DNA from: Verrucomicrobiota bacterium
GTDB taxonomy: Bacteria > Verrucomicrobiota > Verrucomicrobiia > Chthoniobacterales > JAFAMB01
Assembly: GCA_019233825.1 (NCBI GenBank)
Contig: JAFAMB010000086.1
Location: forward strand, 1-40,147
Direction of reading: 5' to 3'
Length of the DNA: 40,147 nt
The notes under the pieces were generated by a model. That model worked only from the letters and a program-made list of their open reading frames with translations. It had not been told where the DNA came from and did no database searches. Positions 1 to 8,236 of this stretch are shown piece by piece. Position numbers and translations under genes: made by a program. How positions within the stretch are numbered: position 1 is the first letter of the stretch; the number at the start of each line of letters is the position of its first letter.

Positions 1-332
1 ACGTCGTGGTTGGCCGGTAGGGTCGCGCGACCGGCGTTGCCGGCGTTGCCGGCGTATCGGCGTGTCGGCGTATCGGCTTATCGGCGTATCGAAAGTCCAA
101 CCTCGACAGAAGTAAACAGCATGCAAGCGGCAAGCAAGTGTCAGAGGTGCCTTGGTAATAACCAGCTTTCAAAAGAAGATCTGACTCGTGAGTTGACCCA
201 TCGAGACAAAATTAAAGAAGGTTTGATCGCAATCTTCACTGAAAGGCCTTCCCTACGGCTGATGCCGAATACGCCGACACGCCGACACGCCGGCAACGCC
301 GGTCGCGCGACCCTACCGGCCAACCACGACGT
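1..332. repeat. Inverted tandem-oligomer array element. Arm 1-91 and complementary arm 264-332 flank a roughly 170-bp lower-GC core. It may be truncated by the window edge.
   Basis: Read directly: 1-46 (ACGTCGTGGTTGGCCGGTAGGGTCGCGCGACCGGCGTTGCCGGCGT) is the exact reverse complement of 287-332. The inner part of the left arm (47-91) is tandem GCCGGCGTT / TCGGCGTR units, and 264-290 carries the complement (ACGCCGAC). The right arm overlaps the last codons and the stop of the HAD gene. Confidence 0.9.
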
Positions 333-894
333 AGTCCATCCCGGCCGCGGTGGCGGCTTCAAAACCGGCCGGACTATCCTCGAGCACCAGGCAGTCGGAA
401 GGCGCTACGCCCATCCGCCGCGCGGCCTCGAGGAAAAGATCCGGGAACGGTTTCCCATGTTCAACCTGTTCACTCGTGACTATCACCGAAAAAAAGTCCT
501 TGAATCCGATTGCCTCCAATGTCTTGGACACGACAGGCAGGATGCCTCCGGAGGCCACCGAGACCTTGGCAAACTCGGCGACCTGGCGGGCGAAATCGGC
601 AACTTCCGGAATCGGCCGGATTGTTTCGATTCGTTGCACGTAGAGATGCTCCTTTTCGCAGGCAATCGTTTCGGGATCGAGTGAAGTACCGAAGCGCTCG
701 TTCAAAAACTCGACTATCTTGCGGCTCGGCCATCCGCCGAGATTATAAAATAGTTCTTCCGGGATTTGGCCCCCATGCATCCGTACCGTGTCGGCCCAGG
801 CGAGGTAATGAACTGGCATAGAGTCGGCCAGGGTGCCGTCGCAATCGAAGATATAGCCTGCGTATCCCTTTTCGGGCGGGGTAAAGACTGTCAT
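313..894 (-). CDS. HAD-IA family hydrolase (beta-phosphoglucomutase/phosphatase-like)
   Basis: ORF 313..945(-). It has HAD motif I (YIFDCDGTLADS), then VSVASGG, GKPFPD and LVLEDSPAGFEAATAAGM in canonical order. I chose the ATG at 894 (MTVFTPPEKGYAGY...) because it lies about 15 aa before motif I; 945 is an alternative. The C-terminus ends inside the repeat arm. Confidence 0.85.
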   Translation of the reverse strand: MTVFTPPEKGYAGYIFDCDGTLADSMPVHYLAWADTVRMHGGQIPEELFYNLGGWPSRKIVEFLNERFGTSLDPETIACEKEHLYVQRIETIRPIPEVADFARQVAEFAKVSVASGGILPVVSKTLEAIGFKDFFSVIVTSEQVEHGKPFPDLFLEAARRMGVAPSDCLVLEDSPAGFEAATAAGMDYVVVGR

Positions 895-1000
895 AAGAGA
901 GCCGGGGACAGTTGCACGCATTTGGAGACAGGAAAAGGGAGCCATTGCAGAATTTTTGTTGATTTTAGACGCTTTCCCGGGATGATCTCTATCCCTTGTT

Positions 1001-1477
1001 ATGCGTCACACAATCTCGGTACTGGTTGAAAACAAGTTCGGCGTCCTGGCTCGAATAGCCGGCATGTTCAGTGGGCGAGGATTCAACATCGATAGTCTGA
1101 ATGTTGCGCCGACCAATGACCCTTCTGCTTCCAGAATGACGATCGTAGTACGTGGAGATGACACAGTTCTCGAGCAAGTCACAAAACAGTTGAACAAGCT
1201 TGTTGACGTGATTGAAATCCAGGATTTCAGGGACGGAGATTATGTCGATCGTGAGTTGGTCATGCTCCGGGTTAACGCCGATTCCGAGAATCGATCGGAG
1301 GTTATGCAGATCTGCGATATTTTTCGGGCGAAAATAGTCGATGTTCAACCGAAGCGTCTCGCCATCGAAATTACTGGGAACGAAAGCAAGATCAGTAAGT
1401 TTTTAAGACTAATGGAAAACTTTGGCATCAGCGACTTGACGCGCACGGGCAAGGTCGCCATGGCCCGAGTCGAATGA
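1001..1477 (+). CDS. ilvN: Acetolactate synthase small (regulatory) subunit
   Basis: 158 aa with an ATG start. The N-terminal ACT-domain string HTISVLVENKFGVLARIAGMFSGRGFNIDSLNV is typical of IlvN/IlvH. The gene lies immediately upstream of ilvC. Confidence 0.92.
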   Translation: MRHTISVLVENKFGVLARIAGMFSGRGFNIDSLNVAPTNDPSASRMTIVVRGDDTVLEQVTKQLNKLVDVIEIQDFRDGDYVDRELVMLRVNADSENRSEVMQICDIFRAKIVDVQPKRLAIEITGNESKISKFLRLMENFGISDLTRTGKVAMARVE

Positions 1478-1558
1478 CCCCTGTAACAAAAAATCGGCAA
1501 CAAGAGGTATACCCCGGAATCGCGATTTCCATTTCGGAAGTCTGGTTCAACTAAATTT

Positions 1559-2584
1559 ATGGCAGCAAAAGTCTACACTGATAAGGACGCCGACCTCGCG
1601 AATCTCAACGGAAAAGTCTGTGCAGTGATCGGATTCGGATCACAAGGGCACGCGCATGCCCTCAATCTGAAAGACAGCGGGGTAGAAGTGGTGGTCGGCC
1701 TGTACAAAGGAAGTAAATCTGCCTCGGTTGCCCAGGAACATGGTTTTCCGGTGCTGGATGTCAGCGAGGCGGCACAAAAGGCCGATATCATCTTTTTCGC
1801 AACCCCTGACCTCAAGAGCGCGTCGATTTATGAAACCGAGGTGGCACCCCACCTCAAAAAAGGCAAAGCACTCCTGTTCAGCCATGGTTTTGCGATCCAT
1901 TTCAAGACCATCGTACCGCCAACAGATGTGGACGTGATAATGGTGGCGCCGAAGGGTCCAGGACACATCGTGCGCCGCCAATACCTCGAAGGGAAAGGGG
2001 TGCCGGCGCTTATCGCGGTTTACCAAAACCCGTCCAAACAAGCGAAGAAGCTGGCATTGGCATGGGCGAAGGGAATTGGTGCGACTCGAGCCGGCGTGCT
2101 GGAAACTACATTCAAAGAAGAGACCGAGACGGACCTCTTCGGGGAACAGACTGTGCTTTGCGGCGGTTTAACCTCGCTGGTCCAAAACGGGTTCGAAACT
2201 CTCGTGGAAGCCGGTTACCAGCCGGAGATGGCCTATTTCGAGTGTTTGCACGAGTTGAAATTGATCGTTGACCTTATGTATGAGTCCGGCATTGCAGGCA
2301 TGCGATTCTCCGTCTCCGAGACCGCCAAGTGGGGCGATGTTTCGGTTGGGCCGACGGTGATTGACAGCTCGGTCAAAAGGAAAATGCAGAAGGCCCTCAA
2401 GGATATCCAGAGCGGAAAATTCGCTAAGGGTTGGATCGCCGAATACGCTGCCGGTTTGCCAAAATACAAGAAACTACTGAAGGATGGCGAAAAGCACGCG
2501 ATCGAGAAGACTGGTGAACGTTTGCGCGGACTGATGCCCTGGATACAGAAGAAGAATATCAAGGGCGCGCAGGCTGCTTATTAG
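1559..2584 (+). CDS. ilvC: Ketol-acid reductoisomerase (class I)
   Basis: 341 aa with an ATG start. It has the NADP Rossmann motif [19 protein letters not shown] and conserved [14 protein letters not shown] and [15 protein letters not shown] blocks. Confidence 0.97.
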   Translation: MAAKVYTDKDADLANLNGKVCAVIGFGSQGHAHALNLKDSGVEVVVGLYKGSKSASVAQEHGFPVLDVSEAAQKADIIFFATPDLKSASIYETEVAPHLKKGKALLFSHGFAIHFKTIVPPTDVDVIMVAPKGPGHIVRRQYLEGKGVPALIAVYQNPSKQAKKLALAWAKGIGATRAGVLETTFKEETETDLFGEQTVLCGGLTSLVQNGFETLVEAGYQPEMAYFECLHELKLIVDLMYESGIAGMRFSVSETAKWGDVSVGPTVIDSSVKRKMQKALKDIQSGKFAKGWIAEYAAGLPKYKKLLKDGEKHAIEKTGERLRGLMPWIQKKNIKGAQAAY

Positions 2585-2623
2585 AGCGCCAAGAACTGAA
2601 GAGCTCTTGCCCAGCTGTCCGGA

Positions 2624-2667
2624 CTTCTCGGCGATGCCGGCGTTCTCGGCGTTTAACTTGCGGCGTT
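2624..2667. repeat. One-armed tandem array of TTCTCGGCG-like units between convergent ilvC and a small ORF
   Basis: CTTCTCGGCGATGCCGGCGTTCTCGGCGTTTAACTTGCGGCGTT. It belongs to the same unit family (complement GARAACGCC) as the arrays at 10246-10406 and 28177-28313. No complementary arm was seen nearby. Confidence 0.7.
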
Positions 2668-2866
2668 ACTCAACGTAATGGGTGAGATTTGGGGGTGCCG
2701 TCACTCGTCTGGTTGCGGCTCTCCGCGTGGTCACGAAGTCTTGTAGTTCGGCGGCCAACCGGAACAACCGTTTGCTGCTGAGCTGTTCTTCCGCCCTTTC
2801 GAATTCGGCGTCGTGGATCTGCTGCTCGGAATATTCTTTCGTATTGCTTCTCGTCTCCTCGTTCAT
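2666..2866 (-). CDS. Hypothetical small, highly charged protein (66 aa from the ATG)
   Basis: ORF 2666..2872(-). The track start is GTG at 2872 and an ATG lies at 2866, preceded by GGAGG about 10 nt upstream. It has no TM segment and no motif I recognise. It sits about 200 nt downstream of the DAC-like gene on the same strand. Confidence 0.5.
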   Translation of the reverse strand: MNEETRSNTKEYSEQQIHDAEFERAEEQLSSKRLFRLAAELQDFVTTRRAATRRVTAPPNLTHYVE

Positions 2867-3067
2867 AGTCACTCCGCCTCCGCTCCTTTTGATGACTGCA
2901 CCTCACTAACCCCTGAGAAATCAGCAATGTTTCTGCAGTATTTAAACGACTGTAGAGACAACTAATATTGCAGGTAAATGCGTTTGTAAATTGAGAAGTT
3001 TGATACGCCTTCCCGCGGCTCGGACAGCTGCCGTTGCGTGGTAGGCGCGTCCGGGTAGGGCGAGGCT

Positions 3068-4372
3068 CTAGAAATCCAGGTGATTCCAGTAGGTGACCTT
3101 GTCCTGATAGTTCGCGACGAATTTGACCGCACCATCCTGAGAGACGACGACCGCCAGACATTCCGAGTAATCGCGGCAGAGCCGATACGCCGCACGATGT
3201 CGCGTTCCGGCAGCCTCCATAGACTCAAGGACACAATCCTGCGCTTCGATATCGAGGGCGCGATAAACCATTTCGTCTTCAAAGCTGGGCACCTGAATCT
3301 CAACGCCAAATCCCAGAACGTTGAATTCGTGATCGAGCAGGAGGCAACCGTCGACCGCCGTGAGGTCAGAAAGCCACAGCGCGAGTTCCACAAACCGCTG
3401 ACTGAATGTAAACGGGAACTCGTCAAACCATTCCAGGTACTCCTGCCAACCTACCGACGGTTTTTCCTTAGTCAGTGCAAATTGAACCAGCCGGCGCCGG
3501 ACCTCAGCAAGAATAACAGCAAAGGGGGATGCGGTGCAGGTCTCTTGGATCCGATACTTTGCGCACAAGGGACCGCTCGGCTCCAGGAGTTTCCCCGTGA
3601 GGGTCCGCGGCACGAATACGGCCGTGCCGCCGTGCCGCGAATTCCGAATCTCGCGAATAACTCTCCTCATGAATGCAAAGCCGATTTTCTCGACGAGATC
3701 TTCCCGCACGATCACCGAATCGGGCGGGGTAGCCGAATTTTCGTCTGCAAAACCCGCGCGGATAGTTCGAAAGCGCTCATGTAGCCAGGTGGACCCGCAC
3801 AGATCAAATCCGTGACCTTCGACCCGACCATTCAGCAGGGTAACCAGGCGTTCTGAACCGTTGTTAATCACGAGATTCCCTGGACCCCGGACATGGATGA
3901 TCAGCCAATCGGGGATTGGGTGGTTGATGGAATCGATGGCCGCAGTGAGGTCTCTGGACAGGGCACCGGTGTGGATCATTCCGGAAATTTCGAAACCGCG
4001 TCGGGGGGACCGTTCGACCAGGATCATCGACCGATAAAATCCGGTGGCAGGTCCCAAGCGGCGGATTTCCTGCTCCGCAAATTTTCGGCGCTTCGCTAAG
4101 CGGACGAGATGAAATCCGATCCGGGCGAGGCTCGTGGGCTCAAGATCCTTCGGAGCCGACAATGCGATCCGGCATTCCACGGGCCGGCCCTCTTCGCGGA
4201 GGAGACTTGCCTGGTAGGCGACACTGAGGAAGGAGTGTAAACTCTCGATGGAATCGACGACCGTGTGCGTACCGTCCACCATACCCCAGAGCGACCAGAT
4301 CTGTTCCGCAAGCTCGTGGGGATAGCAATGTGCGTTTAATTCGATGGGTGACACTTCGTAAAGTTTGGCCAA
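3068..4372 (-). CDS. DAC (DisA_N, diadenylate-cyclase-like) domain protein with an uncharacterised N-terminal region; soluble
   Basis: The C-terminal third contains HGGTAVFV, then VDGCLLLD (the DGA-motif position, nt 3344-3352), then GTRHRAA (nt 3188-3208), then AVVVSQDGAVKFV. This is the ordered signature of DAC domains. There are no TM helices and no HhH domain. The start is uncertain: TTG at 4372 (track), GTG at 4354 or ATG at 4282. Confidence 0.7.
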   Translation of the reverse strand: MAKLYEVSPIELNAHCYPHELAEQIWSLWGMVDGTHTVVDSIESLHSFLSVAYQASLLREEGRPVECRIALSAPKDLEPTSLARIGFHLVRLAKRRKFAEQEIRRLGPATGFYRSMILVERSPRRGFEISGMIHTGALSRDLTAAIDSINHPIPDWLIIHVRGPGNLVINNGSERLVTLLNGRVEGHGFDLCGSTWLHERFRTIRAGFADENSATPPDSVIVREDLVEKIGFAFMRRVIREIRNSRHGGTAVFVPRTLTGKLLEPSGPLCAKYRIQETCTASPFAVILAEVRRRLVQFALTKEKPSVGWQEYLEWFDEFPFTFSQRFVELALWLSDLTAVDGCLLLDHEFNVLGFGVEIQVPSFEDEMVYRALDIEAQDCVLESMEAAGTRHRAAYRLCRDYSECLAVVVSQDGAVKFVANYQDKVTYWNHLDF

Positions 4373-4398
4373 ACAGTTGCTGTTTGCATCTCATTTCC

Positions 4399-6261
4399 TC
4401 AGCCCGCCACAATGTGGTCGTGGCTTCGGCTTTGCTGCGATTTTTGCGGGCTGGAGCTAGTGATTAACTCTCGCAACTGCGCAATCCTCCTCTGAAAGAG
4501 ATCCATCGCTTTGTCAATCGGCTCGGGTGATTGCATATCCACCCCAGCGTCCCGGAGAGTTTCAATCGGGAACTTGGCTCCCCCGGATTTGAGGAATCCC
4601 AGGTAGGCCTGCACTTCGGCGGGACCGCCGGTCAGCACTCGGTCCGCGAGCGATATCGCCGCGGAGATTCCGGTCGCATACTTATAGACGTAAAACGCCG
4701 AGTAAAAGTGCGGGATTCTCAGGCACTCGATGCTGAGTTCGTCGTCTACGCTGAATCGCGGACCGAAGTAGGCGTCGAGAAGGTCGCGGTACACGTTTCG
4801 GAACACGTCGAGAGTCAGGGGTCCGCCGTTTTCCTCAATTTCATGCACAAGTTTCTCGAACTCGGCGAACATTGTCTGGCGAAATAGAACCTGCCGGATG
4901 TCCTCGATCTGGCGATCGATGAGGTACGCCCGCATCAAAGACTCCTGAGCACGTTCCAGAAGGTAGTGCGTAAGAAGTTCTTCATTTAATGTTGAAGCCA
5001 CCTCGGCAAGAAAAATCGGATAGCCGTAGTTCTGGAAAAGCTGATGCTGCTGCGCAAACCAGGTATGCATGGAGTGTCCGGACTCGTGGGCAAGGGTGAA
5101 CACATCGGAAAAGACGTCTGGTTTGTAGTTCATCAGAATGAAGGGGGGATTGCCGTAACTGGAGGATGAGAAGGCTCCGCTTCTTTTTCCTTTGGTCTCG
5201 TAGCGGTCGACCCAACGAGAGCGAAGTCCGTTTCTGAGAGTCTCGACGTATTCGGTGCCCAGAGGATGTAGCGCCTGGACGACGATTTCGATTGCTTCAT
5301 CAAAACCGACATTGGTTTGGATCTTAGGGACCAGCGGCACAAACGTGTCATACTGATGGATGTCGGGCAGCTTGAGGACTTCGCGGCGGAGTTCGTAGTA
5401 CTCGTGGAGCACCGGGAGGTTTTTCCGAACAGTGGCAATCAAGTTATCATATACAGCCACCGGGACGTTGTCCTCAAAGAGCGATGCTTCACGCGCGGAC
5501 GGGTAGTTGCGGATCTTGGCGGAGAATACGTCAGCTCGGATTGAGGAAGTCAGCGCGGAGGCCAGGCTATACTTGTGATCACCAAACTCCTGATAGAATT
5601 GGTGAAACGCCCGATGACGCAGATCCCGGTCCTGTCTATGCAGAAAAGAGAGATAAGTGCTCTGAGAGAGCGCGACTTCCTGTCCCTCTTCATTGATTAG
5701 AACGCCAAACTTCATGTCGACATTCGTGAGCTGTGAAAATGTTTCCGAATGACCACGTAGCACCGGCGCACCGAGCGTTAAAAGCCGCTCCTCGGGTTCG
5801 GAGAGGGTGTGTGGCCTGAACCGGCGAAGCTTGCCGAGATAGATCCTCCAGTCGGTCAGCGCCGGGTCATCCAGGAAGCGTTGAAACTTGTCGTCACTGA
5901 TCGCCTGGATCTCCGGATTGATGTACGAAGCGGCCTCATTGACCTTGGTGAGCAGGTTCGTCAATTCCGCGCGGCGAGACAGATTCTCATTGTTCGAACT
6001 GTCTTCAGAGTACTTAAGCGAGGAGTAATGTCCAAGCCGTTCCGCGATTTGATCGAGCCACTTTTCGAGCTCCAGACAATTCAACAATGTCTCAGGGGAT
6101 TCTGCCAGACGGCCCTTGAACTCCGTGATCTTCAGGTAGCAGTTCTTGAGGTCAGCCAATGACTTTCGGTACTCCAGTTCGGTTTTGAAGATGTGGCTGA
6201 GGTCCCAGGTGTCAGCTTCGGGGATCTCGGAGCGGGCCGGAATCTGGCGAGTAGGTGTCAT
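4399..6261 (-). CDS. pepF: Oligoendopeptidase F (M3B metallopeptidase)
   Basis: HESGHSMH zinc motif (HExxH), about 620 aa, and an N-terminal ...EIPEADTWDLSHIF typical of PepF. The track start at 6279 is TTG; the first ATG is at 6261. Confidence 0.93.
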   Translation of the reverse strand: MTPTRQIPARSEIPEADTWDLSHIFKTELEYRKSLADLKNCYLKITEFKGRLAESPETLLNCLELEKWLDQIAERLGHYSSLKYSEDSSNNENLSRRAELTNLLTKVNEAASYINPEIQAISDDKFQRFLDDPALTDWRIYLGKLRRFRPHTLSEPEERLLTLGAPVLRGHSETFSQLTNVDMKFGVLINEEGQEVALSQSTYLSFLHRQDRDLRHRAFHQFYQEFGDHKYSLASALTSSIRADVFSAKIRNYPSAREASLFEDNVPVAVYDNLIATVRKNLPVLHEYYELRREVLKLPDIHQYDTFVPLVPKIQTNVGFDEAIEIVVQALHPLGTEYVETLRNGLRSRWVDRYETKGKRSGAFSSSSYGNPPFILMNYKPDVFSDVFTLAHESGHSMHTWFAQQHQLFQNYGYPIFLAEVASTLNEELLTHYLLERAQESLMRAYLIDRQIEDIRQVLFRQTMFAEFEKLVHEIEENGGPLTLDVFRNVYRDLLDAYFGPRFSVDDELSIECLRIPHFYSAFYVYKYATGISAAISLADRVLTGGPAEVQAYLGFLKSGGAKFPIETLRDAGVDMQSPEPIDKAMDLFQRRIAQLRELITSSSPQKSQQSRSHDHIVAG

Positions 6262-6300
6262 ATCAGGAACGTCAACCAACCTCGGCGAACGTCAAATAGC

Positions 6301-6570
6301 CCGGTAGGGGCGTGCCGGCGAGTCGGCGTGCCGGCGAGTCGGCGTGTCGGCGTATCGGCGAGTCGGCGTGTCGGCGTGTCGGCGTGTCGCCGTATCGCCG
6401 TATCGGCGCACAACCGAAGATCCCGTTTCGGAGCCCTCGCGGATATCCTTTGTGCCGTTCTCCGACCTTCGCTGCCTTCGTGTGGATCTGTTATACGCCG
6501 ACACGCCCATACGCCGACACGCCCATACGCCGACACGCCCATACGCCGACACGCCGACACGCCGATACGC
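6301..6570. repeat. Inverted tandem-octamer array: about 12 TCGGCGTR units (6301-6408), an 84-nt loop, then the complementary ACGCCGAC-type array (6493-6570)
   Basis: Read directly. The left arm starts with CCGGTAGGGG and then runs TCGGCGTG/TCGGCGTA/TCGGCGAG units. The right arm is ATACGCCGACACGCCC x3 followed by ACGCCGAC units. It fills the gap between the xerC stop (6613) and the pepF ATG (6261). Confidence 0.92.
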
Positions 6571-6612
6571 TTTTCCCGCAAAGATCGCGGGCGGGACGCC
6601 CGTGCACGTTGT

Positions 6613-7515
6613 TCAGGCTCGCGGGTGTGCCTGGTCGTATGCCTTTTTCAAACGCTCCATGGTGACGTGGGTATAGATCTGTGTCGTCGAAAGATTCGCG
6701 TGACCGAGTAGTGTCTGTACGCTTCGCAAATCGGCCCCGTTATCCAGGAGGTGCGTAGCAAAACTATGACGCAGTTTGTGTGGACTTACGCGAAGCTGAA
6801 TTGAAGTCTCAGAAACATGCTTCCTTAGCATGAGCCAAATCGATCGCGGGGACATTCGCTTCCTCAACTTGCTGATAAATAGTGGGCCGGATTGGACGCC
6901 CGCTTCAAGCCGATATTGCTGAATGGCTTTCAGCGCCAGCTGTCCCACGGGCACGATTCGTTCCTTCCGACCTTTGCCAATGACGCGGACAGTTTCGCTG
7001 AACGTATCGAGGTCGGCGACATTCAGCGCAGCTAACTCGCTCAATCGAAGCCCGCTGCTGTAGAACAACTCCATCATCGCCGCGTCGCGCGCCGCCGCCC
7101 AGGCGGGAGCCTGAGGCTGGCGCTCGGTCTTCTTGGGCACAGTCAATAGCTCGTCCACCTGCCCGACCGAAAGAACCACCGGAAGTCTCTTTTCCATTTT
7201 GGGCAGTTGCACTTCCCTTAGCGGGTTGTCTCGAAATCCTTCTCGTTCGACGAGGTATTTATAGAAACTGCGGAGTGCTGCAAAAGTGAGTCGAACATAC
7301 GACCTGGCCATGCCCGATTTCATGCAGTCCAGCAAAAAGCCCCGGAATTGTTGCGCCGTATAGCCATTCCAAGACGGTTTGTCGCCGGCGAAGTGCCGGA
7401 ATTTTTCCAAGGCGTGCCGATAAGCGACGACTGTCCTGGGAGAAGCATTGCGTTCGACCTCAAGATACCGAATGTAGCGTTCGAAGAGCCGGTCCTTTTT
7501 TTTCTGATAAGACAT
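6613..7515 (-). CDS. xerC: Tyrosine site-specific recombinase, XerC/XerD type
   Basis: 300 aa with an ATG start. The N-terminal SAM-like domain has RYLEVERNASPRTVVAYRHALEKF. The catalytic region has RKERIVPVG, HKLRHSFATHLLDNGADLRSVQTLLGHANLSTTQIYTHV and ends ...AHPRA. Assigning XerC rather than XerD is tentative. Confidence 0.85.
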   Translation of the reverse strand: MSYQKKKDRLFERYIRYLEVERNASPRTVVAYRHALEKFRHFAGDKPSWNGYTAQQFRGFLLDCMKSGMARSYVRLTFAALRSFYKYLVEREGFRDNPLREVQLPKMEKRLPVVLSVGQVDELLTVPKKTERQPQAPAWAAARDAAMMELFYSSGLRLSELAALNVADLDTFSETVRVIGKGRKERIVPVGQLALKAIQQYRLEAGVQSGPLFISKLRKRMSPRSIWLMLRKHVSETSIQLRVSPHKLRHSFATHLLDNGADLRSVQTLLGHANLSTTQIYTHVTMERLKKAYDQAHPRA

Positions 7516-7532
7516 TCAGGAGGTGCGGAGAT

Positions 7533-7726
7533 GGGAGTTCAGGAGTCAGGAGTTCAGGAGTTCAGGAGCAGGAGTTGCAGGAGTTCAGGAGTTCAGGGGG
7601 ACCGTCGCGAGGAAAAAAAACTGCCGGATAGTTCGAAGCGAATCAAACTCTATGCAGTGCAGGACGGAAAAAAAAAGAGCCACCACCTTGGGCCAGAAGC
7701 GTGTTTTTTCATTCTGCAACTCCTGA
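7533..7726. repeat. Inverted tandem-octamer array: CAGGAGTT units (7533-7597), a roughly 106-nt loop with two A8-9 runs, then the complementary arm CTGCAACTCCTGAACTCCTGACC (7704-7726)
   Basis: Read directly. GTCAGGAGTTCAGGAGTT (7544-7561) is the reverse complement of part of 7704-7726. The left arm ends 18 nt from the xerC ATG. The right arm overlaps the ferritin-like stop codon (7709-7711). Confidence 0.88.
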
Positions 7727-8185
7727 ACTCCTGACCTTCTGATTTCCAGCCAGAAAGCCCAGGAACAGCCGGTGATGTTCTTGTTCCTCGGATAATATGT
7801 CGATCACCATGTCCTGCGTGAGGTAATCGAGTCCGTCTGTCAGGTTGATGATCTTTTGGTACTGAGAGATCGCGACTTCCTCGGTTCTGATGACTCCCTG
7901 GATAACCGCCGTCACATCTTCACTATCCAACGGAGGTTGCAGCAGTTTCTGATCCCGCGGCAGCTCCAGGGAGCCCGGGACGCGACCGCCCAAAACCCTG
8001 ATTCGTTTCGCAAGGCGACGCGCGTGCTTCAGCTTGAGCGCGATCTCTGCTTCGAGCGATTTCTTGACTTTCTCAGCGTTGACTCCGTTCAGATCGATGG
8101 AGTTTGCGAGGTAATTCTGTATCGTCTCCAGCTCTATCGCATAGGATTTTTTTAACTCGGTCACTATTTCTTTCGCCTTATCCAC
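7709..8185 (-). CDS. Ferritin-like (Dps/bacterioferritin superfamily) di-iron protein
   Basis: 158 aa and predicted all-helical. The ligand pattern is E...ExxH...E...ExxH (ELETIQ, EAEIALKLKH, RTEEVAISQ, SEEQEHH). It has a GTG start at 8185 and no nearby ATG. The last residues (RSSGVAE) are read from the repeat arm. Confidence 0.75.
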   Translation of the reverse strand: MDKAKEIVTELKKSYAIELETIQNYLANSIDLNGVNAEKVKKSLEAEIALKLKHARRLAKRIRVLGGRVPGSLELPRDQKLLQPPLDSEDVTAVIQGVIRTEEVAISQYQKIINLTDGLDYLTQDMVIDILSEEQEHHRLFLGFLAGNQKVRSSGVAE

Positions 8186-8236
8186 ACGAAAGGCCCCGAG
8201 ATGCAGTTAGCCGTTGCACCAGTCGGGAGCCGCAGC

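Noticed and set aside
3080-3784. Long antisense or overlapping ORFs inside well-supported genes (3080..3784+, 12434..13072+, 14618..15172+, 15405..15905+, 22041..22727-, 23521..23991+, 34947..35579+, 38102..38440+).
   Set aside because: These are typical GC-rich shadow frames. Their compositions are Arg/Pro/Ala-rich with no motifs, and each is fully embedded in a gene whose translation has clear family signatures.
6301-6570. Possibility that the short-repeat arrays are CRISPR arrays.
   Set aside because: The units are 6-9 nt and directly abutting, with no spacers. The arms are inverted copies of each other. No cas genes or leader are present.
6193-6711. ORFs translating the tandem arrays (for example 6193..6711+, 6312..6665+, 6258..6581-, 10..684+) give RRVGVSA / ADTPTRRH-type repeat proteins.
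   Set aside because: They are open in several frames on both strands only because the 8-nt unit lacks stop codons. They have no start context and overlap each other and the inverted arms. I treated them as non-coding repeat DNA.
6613-7515. The tyrosine recombinase as the integrase of a mobile island containing the DAC-like gene.
   Set aside because: The sequence is XerC/XerD-like along its full length. There is no tRNA target, and I saw no direct att-like repeats or phage/plasmid genes. The neighbours (pepF, ferritin-like) look chromosomal. I keep it as a low-probability alternative only.
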